Shown: positions 13,117 to 23,500 of the stretch, piece by piece
Numbering within the stretch: position 1 is the first letter of the stretch
Layout: each line of letters opens with the position of its first letter
Assembly: GCA_002633005.1 (NCBI GenBank)
Contig: NMRA01000194.1
Location: 62,001-126,000 of the forward strand
Source of the DNA: Phoronis australis
Taxonomy: Eukaryota > Animalia > Phoronida
DNA: 64,000 nt
Reading direction: 5' to 3'
Position numbers and translations under genes: made by a program
The notes under the pieces: generated by a model
Told to the model about the DNA's origin: nothing
Database searches by the model: none
What the model saw: only the letters and a program-made list of their open reading frames with translations

Positions 13117-13615
13117 CAGCCACGTCCCCAGGCCTCAAGATGGCGCTGATCCGTTTAGCCATTTGAGGCTTGGTTATGGGAAGTGAAATGCGTCAGAATT
13201 CTGACACATTTTTACGGAAAATCACGAGTAATATAAAGTTATATCAAATTTGAAATTTTCTACTGTATAATATAAACATGAAAATTAATGGTACATGTAT
13301 ATTGCAGCAGCTTATGTCTCAATTATTGCAAAAATGATGTATTTTGATTCGAGAACAGATTAATTTCTATGATATTATTCATAAAATAGATTTGAGAATA
13401 AGTACATCAACAACCTTTATTTCAAACAATAACCAAAACATTCCTTTCTGCTTCATGAATGGCCCGCAACAACGCCCTGTGAAAATATTTAAAATCTGCC
13501 TTTGTTTTAATGATGTTAACGTAGAGGCCAATCACTGCGCAGAAGGTATTTCCCATAACCAAGCCTCAAATGGCTTAACCGATCAGCGCTATCTTGAGGC
13601 TTGGAAACGAGGCTG
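13117..13615. mobile_element. MITE with ~66-bp TIRs and probable 2-bp TG TSD
   Basis: CAGCCACGTCCCCAGGCCTCAAGATGGCGCTGATC...GAGGCTTGGTTATGGGAA is inverted at 13550-13615. Flanks read TG|CAGCC ... GGCTG|TG. Confidence 0.8.
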
Positions 13616-13924
13616 TGAGACTGGGCCTTTGAGAATGAGGAGTGACCTCGAAAGATGTCAGGGATATGAAGTTGTATACTATTTGGTTATTTATTAAAAA
13701 TTTGATGAGATGTTTTGAAGGCAAGTAAATTTAGCTATTCTTCTAGGGTCTACATAACCGTAACACATTATCAAGTCTTACGCTCGTGGCGCACGCTCGT
13801 ACATCTTAAGTTGCCCTTGCAAAAAAACGTGAAAAACATCTTTACGCCCATAATTTATGAGCGTAAATTAGAGGTGACACTTTCCATCCAGCGGCCAACG
13901 ATAATATTCATTTGTCTTCCCGTT

Positions 13925-14171
13925 ACGTCACAACACTAGACGTCGGCTTTTAATTTCCACTCAGTGCACACTTGACAGGTCAATAGAACTGTAGATTGAC
14001 GAGGGTAGAATGTTTAATGACATTGCTTCTAGGAATCGTCTATTATTTGGAAAGCTATGCAAATCCTCTTTAAATTAAAGCACACTTCGTTTACGCAGAT
14101 AGTGGACTCTACCATTCAGTAAGACTATAAAAGCTGTGGTCTGGCAGTTTCGAAAGTAAAACACAACAGCA
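13925..14171 (+). promoter_or_regulatory. Proximal promoter of GPCR paralog 1 (TATA box 14126-14132)
   Basis: TATAAAA lies 46 nt upstream of the ATG. Blocks TCACAACACTAGACG and TTGACAGGTCAATAGAACTGTAG are conserved upstream of paralog 2. Confidence 0.55.
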
Positions 14172-15167
14172 ATGAATCATACCACAGCAACCTCGGCAGA
14201 CGCGTCAAGTTACTTTGGAATCATCAGCATCTTGGTGGTTCCGCCTCTTGGTATTGTTGGGAATATTATTGCTTTCGCGGTGTTCGTCCGACGCAAGAGA
14301 AACAAGTCAGTCGACATATTTTTGATAAGTTTAGCAGTAGTGGATACTTTTACTGAAGCATTTATGCTCTTACATCATGCCGAGTTTAACATAGTAGTTC
14401 CTGCAGTTGTGTCAAATTACACACTTGTATGCTCGTTTTCTTTTTGGCTTGCGAGGTCTTCCTCATTGTCATCTGCCTGGATATTAGCAGGATTCTCATT
14501 AGACCGTCTGGTGGCTTTAGCATTTCCGTTCCACGCCGTGCGATACTGCCGCAAAAAGGTTGCCGTTTGTTTCGTTTTGGTCACATGCGCCTGTTCTCTA
14601 ACTCTCAATGTGTACGCGTTTTGGACTCAGGAATCGTCGCCTTACCATTGCAAAGTTCCGTCGTCATTTTCCGAGGTATTCCTTGTCATGGAATGGGTGC
14701 GATTGTTTTTGTATTCTGTCATCCCTAGTGTTATCCTTATAATTTTTAACTCGATCGTTGTCTACTGTTTGAAGATCAACAATTCGCAGCTGAATTGCGA
14801 ACATCGGTCTAACAACCCCGCCAAGAGGTCAGTCTCTCTCCTGTTGGCAGCTTCGGCATTTTTTCTTCTGACGTCATTTCCGTATGTTGTTATCAAGATC
14901 TTCCTCCGTGTTAGTGACGATCCCGCTATTATAACGCTCCACAGATATGTTTCTATATTTGTGCCGTTAAACCACGCTGGAAACTTTTACGTCTATTGCT
15001 TGAGTGGAAAGAAGTTTAGAGAAGATCTTAAAAGTATGTGCAGATCAATGATTTCGAGAGACACTCGAACCGTTGTCATTTCTGGGAACATTTCTAAGGA
15101 AGAGCACCAGTCGCCGGAAGTCAACCCGTCCTCGACGACGTCAAGAAGTTGTCCAACGTCATCGTGA
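14172..15167 (+). CDS. Intronless class A (rhodopsin-like) GPCR, FMRFamide-receptor-like/chemoreceptor-like expansion family
   Basis: 331-aa ORF with 7 hydrophobic segments: TM1 GN, TM2 LAVVD, TM3 LDRLVA, ECL2 Cys, TM5 P, TM7 NHAGNFYVY, helix 8 SGKKFR. N-terminal NHT sequon. Confidence 0.93.
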   Translation: MNHTTATSADASSYFGIISILVVPPLGIVGNIIAFAVFVRRKRNKSVDIFLISLAVVDTFTEAFMLLHHAEFNIVVPAVVSNYTLVCSFSFWLARSSSLSSAWILAGFSLDRLVALAFPFHAVRYCRKKVAVCFVLVTCACSLTLNVYAFWTQESSPYHCKVPSSFSEVFLVMEWVRLFLYSVIPSVILIIFNSIVVYCLKINNSQLNCEHRSNNPAKRSVSLLLAASAFFLLTSFPYVVIKIFLRVSDDPAIITLHRYVSIFVPLNHAGNFYVYCLSGKKFREDLKSMCRSMISRDTRTVVISGNISKEEHQSPEVNPSSTTSRSCPTSS

Positions 15168-15504
15168 TCAATTCTCAAAAAATCTCCTTCCATGGTAATG
15201 TTCTTTTTCTTTGCGAGCAATGACGTCTAAAGCCTACATCTTCAAAGTCTTAGTTCTAATCTTATTTAAGGAAATGTAGGACCTTACTACTTTTTTATAT
15301 TTTTTGCAATGTGGATGAATCCTTTATCTTCATTTCTAGATAACTTCAAAACGATATCTTCCCTGTTATTGGTAGAAAAATCGATTTCGCAGACTCCTTT
15401 CAACTGCGTGGAAATTTGTTTTTAATACTTTTCAAAGTTCACTCAAATCGAACCTTCCTTAAGGCGTTGAGCACTTCGGTATGTGCCCACAGTTCTTTCC
15501 TTCA

Positions 15505-16855
15505 AAATCAGTCAGTCAATCAACTTAGTTCTGAAATAAAAGCCATAGGCCCACTATACAAAAGAACAACACGTGGCATTTTTAGAGTGCAGGAAGCTAT
15601 TACGGAGTCGAAAAGCATAAAATACATGTTTACATATGTTAACTAATTTATCACCACTTCTTGACATTAATCTTTTGAGCTTGAAAATAGACGGAAAACT
15701 CCAGTAATAAACTTTAATATGAATTTCCCTCGATTTAGTTTATTGATCACAGCTTAGAAGGGAATGGGTACTCGTCTTTAACAACGTTGGAGCAGAAGGG
15801 ACGCACTCTGTTTGCCCTATTCAAATCCAAATGGCTCTCTACTTCAATCAAGAGACTGTGGCTAGAACAACAGAAACGTGCCATGGTCATAATTTGTGCT
15901 CGGGGTATATTCAAAATTATTTTTACCATTTTGAATTCGTTTTTAAAATGTTTATAAAAACACAGTTTGGAATCACTCTCAACACTTTGTCTCCATCCTT
16001 CCAAACAACAATTCCTTATTCGCTGTTTAAAAATTAACAGAGAAGTATTTTCACACACAACGCCTTGATATTACCAAACTTCTCGGAATCCATAATTTGT
16101 CAGTATAAGTCTAACTGTTGTGGTTCAATTTCGGGAGTTCCGACCATTTCGATCTAAGTCATACAAATTGTTGTAAGCTTCCCTTGAGTATTACGATGAG
16201 GAGGCACTGTGAGAAGTTTGAACCAGCAACATAATGCTTAGTACATGTATATAACGGCAACAGCCCACATTAGCTCAGTACCTCATCGTCAATTAGCTAG
16301 ACTCAACACACGCTTACAAAATTCAATAAGCACTTTTTCTAACCAGTTATATTCTTTTAAGCCCCGTAGCTGCAGGTCCTTGGCATAAGATAGGGTGAAT
16401 CATTCTATCAAATATCTGAAGTCACACGCGGTTGGAACATGGCCAAGTTTTTTTGTAGCTGGTCGTCTGTAATGGCTTGGGCTGACAGGGTAGCCATAAT
16501 ACACAATATCTTTGGCGTGAACACAACACCAAGATACTTGTAACTGTAAACTACTTAGAGTTTTTCACCTTCAAAATACAATCTTTCGTAATTTCTCAAG
16601 GGACCTTTGTTTCTAAACACCATAACTTTGGCCTTTGCTAAATTTACGGACATGTCTCATTCCTGATAGAACTTATATAAAGCTACAGAACTTTTTACAG
16701 TTTAACTGGACAATAAGCACACAAGGCCATATCATCGGCATATAACAATACGTTCACATCAGGGACGCTTTGACTTAGAAAAACACCATCGTCATTACTA
16801 GAATGGATACATTCTACAAATTAATTCAAATACAATGTAAACAAAAGAGAGTCGT
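15505..16855 (-). mobile_element. 5'-truncated decayed LINE (L2/Daphne-like RT 3' half)
   Basis: Minus strand shows SLLFTLYLN, PDVNVLLYADDMAL, VNLAKAKVMVF, YKYLGV and ARFCCSSHSLLIE. The 3' tail has GGGCCTATGGC and a (TGAC/TGAT)n repeat near 15510. Confidence 0.75.
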
Positions 16856-19422
16856 CAGAATATTAAGCCACCGAGATGTACATAGCGCAGAAAACGATGA
16901 CAAAACGTAACTGCGATCCTGAGTGAGTTTATCGTCTGCGTGCATACCATCGTTAAGAATGAATACACCGAGTCCGAATAGCCACGACTGTCAGTGACTT
17001 TGTGTTCACGAATACAAGTTTTTACATCAATATAAAACCTCACCCCAAGTCATTAGTTTCATCAGTAGATGTTTTGCCGTTTTGATCTCGTGCTCACGGT
17101 GCACTTTACCCACCGACTCGATTTCTGTTATCCATTTCGTGGTTGGTTTCTTGATATCAGTCTCCCCGGCCCGTGGTCATGTGTATCACAATGAACTGTT
17201 GACCTACTTACAGCTGACATTTGACCTAGTTTGACTCGATGTACGTAAAAACCTCACGTACATAATTAAAACATTTCAGTGACAATTTAGTTAATTACGC
17301 ACTGCAAAGTCAGTTGAAACTGCGAGTGAATGTTGAAATAACGAACATGGTTAAGGCATGTAAAAATTATAATGACCAAAATAAGCTTTCACTGAAGAAT
17401 TAATGGAAAAGCGTCAGATTGTCACGACTCCCGACGTTTTCTGCTTTTTCTCGGCTTCGGCAAATCGACTTGAATTGCATAAGGGGCATCAGTTCTCGGT
17501 GGATTTCAAAGCAATTCCCCAGTTTTAATGTTTATTATCTCAAAAACACGAGTAGTACTTTTAAACCCCTAGCTTTATTGTGCTGCACTGAATACGACCG
17601 TTTTTTGTAGGAATGCCCTGCGTCGTGAGATTTAATTTGGCGTAGAAAGCAAACGTTTTGAGAGATATCTGCAAGTTTCATTTTTAGAAGGTTTAGTTCG
17701 ACTAAAGTGTAGTTGTGATATAAATGTACCTTTGTAAAAATGGAATATTTTACTTACAAAGGGGGCCACGTTATAATAACAATGACACTACTTGGGTCTA
17801 AAGTGTATCTTTATAATCCCTGATCGTCAATCTTTCAGAAAATTCACACTTTTAGAGGTTGACCGAGCCTAGTTTTTTATGGTAAGTAATTATGAATTAA
17901 CGTAAGTAAGATCCTACATAGACGGCACGTATATGGACGCATAACACACAGTTGCAATATGCTACGGTATTCAAAATATATGACCGAGGGAATGATCATA
18001 AAAGCCGATTTTTTCTGAAATGAGACTATCTAATTTAGTCTGAAAGTGTGCGGAACGGTTCCGCACTTTTTATATCCACCTAGGGCCATAAAAAATGGTA
18101 TGAAACAAATGTATACCTTACCCTAAACATGTTTACAATGTTACATTTTTGTTTCCTCAATTAGCATTTTCTTAATTAGAAGTTCAATTCTTGCCATGCA
18201 GAATATTCCGCAGATTTGCAGAATATTACGCAGATTTTGCGGAATATTACGCATATTGCAGAATACTGCAGAAGTTTTGTGGAATACTGTGACTTGCAAA
18301 ATATTATGTATATTTTGTGGAATCACAATCAAAATAATAATTTAATTTTGAAATCAATGTGACAATTCCAGAAGGGTTCCACAAACAGAAAAGTTTAGCA
18401 CAGGAATAAAATTTTTAATTTTCTCCAAGCCCAATAAACTTGAATTACATTCTATTCTCAATAGCACTTGAGAGTATAATGTGCCCACTCTCAATAATCA
18501 ATGTGACGGTTGCAGAATGGTTCCACATGCGGAACGGTTCCGCAAACAGAATAGTTTTTTAGAGAACTCATTCTTTTAATTCTCATGACCAATAAAGGTA
18601 AAATGCAATACATAATTAATACCACTTCAAAGTATCAATGTGACAATCCCAATAATAATTACTTGATCAATGTGACAGTTGCAGAACCGTTCCGCATACG
18701 GAACGTACCGCTTGCGTAAACATTCCGCATGGGGAGATTTCCCAAACAGAATGGTTTTGCTGGGTATTTGATTTCACCAATCAACTTAAAATGCATTCCA
18801 TTCTCATTGCCACTTGAAAGTATCGATGAGACAACCTTAGCAGTAATTAATTGATCAATGTGACAGTTGCGGAGCGGTTCTGCATGCGGAACCGTTCCGC
18901 AAATATGTTTCGTGGACCTCACAATTTTTAAAAAAAATTCTTGCAGATTTCAGTTGAAATATATTCTATTCTCAATAGCATATGAAAATATCAATTTATC
19001 AACATGAACAATGAATAATCAGTGGGGAACTTGCTGAATGATTTCTGATGCAGAAACCTACCTCAAGCAGACTCTGGAAAAGTTGACCTCTTGTCTATGC
19101 CATTTTACCGCTTTTGGTAGAACGTTAACACAAGCCATAAAATATTCGAATCTCAAAGGCGAAGGCAACCATTTTCCATGTCATTTTGAGGTAAAATAAG
19201 GTTGGTTGGTTATCCTAGACATATTTTCCACTTAATTACAGCTTTTCGTAATTTTATTAATTACTCGTCCGCTACTCCGGAAGTGACGTTTTAGGAGGCA
19301 ATCATTTCGCGCCAATTTCTTTTTATATAGTCTGACTGTGAGAGCTGCCGAGTCAATCATTGTTTTACCTCAGTTGTGTTAAGTTCCATCCATCGTTTGC
19401 TTTCATTTACTAATCAGTCAAC

Positions 19423-20106
19423 ATGCCACACTGTTGCTGCTTACCAGGATGTACTAACTATCGGCTCACGCGCGCTTTGGGAGTACCTTTGCATCGCTTT
19501 TCGATGGATGACACACTTCGCCGTACTTGGCTCGTTCGTGTGAAGAACGAAGCGTTACCCGTTCACGCAACGTACAAAGCAGTGGAGAATTACCGTGTGT
19601 GTGGCAAGCACTTTCTGCCGTCCGATTACGAAAGGGATTTGTACGCTGAACTGATGAAGGTCCCTGCGAAACAACGTCTGAAGAAGGATGCCATTCCGCC
19701 TGTGTTGATACCCGGCAGTGCCTCGTCGCCATCCCCGAGAAGTGCGTATTTGAAGCGAGAAGCCTCGCGAGCTGTGGCCAGTACAGTGACTGGAGCCAGT
19801 GGAGGCACTTCATCTACTGTCACTCGTGCCTCCGAACGTACCCCAGAGCGTGCAATTCCTGGAACCAGTAGTGATTCGCCCTGTGCTGTTTTCTCCACCC
19901 CAGAGCCTCTAAGCAGCACTGTAGCGATACTGAGTAGTGGGAGTGATAACAGGCTCAGTGGACACCCAGTGAAGAGGACAGTTCGTGGTCCACTGAACAG
20001 ATCGGTGAGCCAAACTTTGATAAGTTTATTGTGGACTTGTCTAAAGTGTTGGAGCTATTTAGAAGGTGCCAGGTGTGTGGCGAGGGAGTCAAACGACACG
20101 GTGTAA
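19423..20106 (+). CDS. THAP zinc-finger protein (N-terminus of Kolobok transposase, DDE core deleted)
   Basis: MPHCCCLPGC...LHRF...W...RVCGKHF...RLKKDAIP is an intact C2CH THAP. The shifted frame 20031-20190 continues with LELFRRCQVC...ITIQWECVAGH, typical of the region after THAP in these transposases. Confidence 0.8.
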   Translation: MPHCCCLPGCTNYRLTRALGVPLHRFSMDDTLRRTWLVRVKNEALPVHATYKAVENYRVCGKHFLPSDYERDLYAELMKVPAKQRLKKDAIPPVLIPGSASSPSPRSAYLKREASRAVASTVTGASGGTSSTVTRASERTPERAIPGTSSDSPCAVFSTPEPLSSTVAILSSGSDNRLSGHPVKRTVRGPLNRSVSQTLISLLWTCLKCWSYLEGARCVARESNDTV

Positions 20107-20515
20107 GAAGTTTGGGTGCTCAGATCACCATCCAGTGGGAGTGTGTCGCGGGACACCTCTGGCAAGTGGGACAGTTGTTCCTCTGTCCGTGGTATACCGG
20201 AGGTCCACTTTACCATGTCCAGTATTGGCTTGGCCTCGTCGAACTCTGAACAGCACAAGCATTCCATTGAGGTAGGCATAACAACGCACACAGTGCATTT
20301 GCACCAAGATGTGTCACCACGTCTGTCCTCAGTAGCCGCCTCGTTTCTCTCAAAAGCTGCCTGTGCCTGTGCATACTCTGCCTCGTTATACTCGGGCTCA
20401 AACATGTACCCGCCCACTGAATGTCCGTGAAAAAATTCCTCGTCACCACTGCTGTGAACAAGGTCTTCGTCACTCACACTACTGTCACTGCGATACGGTC
20501 ACTGACTCCAGCCAT
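20055..20515 (-). pseudogene. KolX-like accessory protein N-terminus (P2X7 cytoplasmic Cys/ballast-like), truncated
   Basis: Acidic N-terminus, GYMFEPEY, then SWCKCTVCVVMPTSMECLCCSE. The ATG at ~20515 is out of frame with the rest, and the C-terminus is lost at the internal deletion. Confidence 0.75.
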
Positions 20516-23500
20516 TTTCAGCTTACAACACATTAAACAATCCCTAAATCCAACGTAGTTGAGTTCTCTACTAACCTATCTTGCCGCAGAATACTCGCCG
20601 ATGGAAAGTGGTGGCGACAATTGTTGAAAAACAGCACAAAACAAAAGTAGAATAGAACAGATTCGCACGGTAAAGTCAACGCAAAATCAAGTGGCGGGAA
20701 ACGCTTGCCTCCTAAAACGTCACTTCCGGAGTAGCGGACGAGTAAATTACGAAAAGCTGTAATTAAGTGGAAAATATGTCTAGGATAACCAACCAACCTT
20801 ATTTTAGCTCAAAATGACATGGAAAAAGGTTGCCTTCGCCTTTAACGTGCAACAAGCACTCAACATAAAAGTATCAGAATTTCTACCCTAACAATAATTA
20901 ATTAATAAAAGTGACAGTTGCGGAACCGTTCCGCGAGCGGAACCGTTCCGCGTGCGGAATCGTTCCGCGTGCGGAACCGTTCCGCTTGGGGAACGATTTC
21001 CCAAACAGAATGGTTTTGTGTTGTATTTGTTTTTTCAAATAATTTAAAATGCATTCCATTCTCAATACCGCTTGAAAGTATCAATGTGACAGTACTAACA
21101 ATAATTAGTTGTTCAATGTGATTGTTGCGGAATGGTTCCGCATGCAGAGCTGTTCCGCAAACAATTGTTTGTGGAGCTCACAATTTGTGTAATTTTCTTC
21201 TTGTGCATTGAAATTCATTCTATTCTCTATTACAAATCATTGTGTCAACATGAACAACGATTAATCAGTGGGGAACTTGCTGAATGATTTGTGATGCATA
21301 AACCTAATTCTAGCAGACTCGGGAAAAACTGACCTCCTGTCTATGCCATTTTACCGCTTTTGGTAGAACGTCAACACCAGCCACGGAATATTCAAATCTT
21401 AATGTGCAACAACATAAAACATAAATGTATCAGCATTGCTACCCTAACAATAATTAATAAACGGGTCAGTTATGGAACCATTCGGCATGCGGCATCGTTC
21501 TGCGTGCAGAACCGTTCCGCATGGGGATCGATTTCCCAAACAGAATGGTTTTGTGGGGTATTTGTTTAGCCTAATAAGGTTAAAATGCATCCCATTCTCA
21601 ATACCACTTGAAAGTATAACAATAATTAGTTGATCAATGTGACTTTTGCGGAATGGTTCTGTATGCAGAAGAGTTACGCTAACAATGGTTTTGTGGATCT
21701 CACATTTTTTTTAATTCCATGGCATTTTTGATTTTAGAACATTAGACAAACCCCTCTGAAATCAACCATTTGTTGAGTATTTTTATGATAAAAATTGCGG
21801 AAACTTATTTTGAGCATCCCTAATAATCATAATTAAACTTGCATAATCAGCGTATGCTTAAATTTTGTTCATGTACAACAACCTTTGAACAGTTGTCATG
21901 TGAAAACAAATTAAAATTCAAAAATCAGATGAGTTTAATTGGTACACTGTGTAATTTGAGTGTGCACACAGTATCAAGTACACTCTGACTCACATTTCCG
22001 TGTTTGCAGAAACACGGCGTTTATGTATGTCTCACGACTTAATAGAATATACAAGAAATAAAAATCGCAAAAACACCTCTATTGCCTCAGGGCGTGGGAC
22101 GAGGGGGTCATGGGTCAAGCATTTTTTATTAATTGTTTACCGATTTTAGCAGAAAAAATAAAAATAACATTCTTTCATGATCGCTTCCAACTTGGCCTGC
22201 TTTGACTACTTTATACAAATTTTGGCAATTTTGCATTTCCTCAAAAGCTGGAAAATCAGGGGAGCAGAAACAAAAAGGTGTCAGTGGGAACTGTCGTTAT
22301 TTTCCAAAATCCAGAAAGGTGGTCAATCTAAACCAAGGTTTTATGTAAGGTAACTTGCATAACGGGGCTCAGCAGTTTTGATTTTTGATAGATTTTTTGT
22401 AACTTTTTATAATTTGTATTTTGGTTTTAGTCTGCTACAAATCTAATCACATTTGTTTTTGGACAAAATATGAGTGCGAACTTTAAAATTAGTGCAGATG
22501 TAAACAAAGACTCACTGTAAAGACACAAACAGTGCTGTTCTTTATCCAAAAGCCATCTAGTGGCACTATAGACTTCTCTGGTGTTCAAGTGTTAGACAAG
22601 GATAATAATGCCACCCTCATTCTCCTCTTAAAGGAGATATGTATACACTGTTGAATCATGCTGAGCACTATTTCAATAAAACATTGATTCATTTGAGCTC
22701 CAACTGTTATGATTTCTGGTCTTTCCCCTCACAATGCATTTTGAGGTGTGCCTGTAGAGTCTATTCTCCACCTATGTCACCTGATTGAATAATGTGAACT
22801 TTTGTTTTGAGAATGGTTTATAGTGACTATTAACTGAAAGGCTGATCAAGATGTTCACATACGCGCTAATTTTAAATTTGTACTACAAATCTATAATAAA
22901 AAGTGGGGGCCACTCATTAGTTTTCCCCCATGTGAGCGAACAGGGGTACCTTCGGCAAAATGTGAGAATTCATCTCTGATCAAATTAGTGCTTGCAATCC
23001 TCTTGAAAATGGTATCGTTTCATTGCAGGATGTCAATTTTATATTGCAACGGCTTCAATAATATTTCCCGGTTAAATGGTTTTCTTACATCAGTGTTAGA
23101 GCACATTTTTCCGTGATTTTGGGTACCTCAGAATTGAGCATTTTGGCTCCTATGTAAAAATTTAATCGAAAAAACTCTTTTAAATTTTTTCATTAATGTT
23201 CTGTGTATATGCAATGACATGAGCAAAAAGTAGGGTCCCCGAATTAGTTTTCAAGCTGCAGGTATCTTAGCTCAAACAGAAAATTCACTTTCTCAAAAAT
23301 ATGCTAAATTTCACAACGACAGCTTCTATTCATCACATAATGATTTTGTCCTATTGATGGGAATGCGAAAACCGAAGCTAAAGGGAATAAACTAACGAAA
23401 CAAATTTCTTCGTAAATGAATTAAAATTTGCTGATCTTCAATTTAAGATGCACACATGTATAACGTCTACTCTTTTGTTTGTTATAGAATTTATTTACGA

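Larger units (their letters stand above)
19157..20841 (+). mobile_element. Internally deleted Kolobok DNA transposon inserted at TTAA in the left foldback arm
   Basis: ~140-bp TIRs AGGCGAAGGCAACC...GGTTGCCTTCGCCT with flanks TCAA/TTAA. The opposite arm shows the empty site (GAATC-TTAA-CGTG). THAP and KolX-like ORFs are convergent. Confidence 0.88.

Noticed and set aside
20055-20477. Host P2X7 purinoceptor gene
   Set aside because: No transmembrane or ectodomain exons; it lies inside Kolobok TIRs and is truncated.
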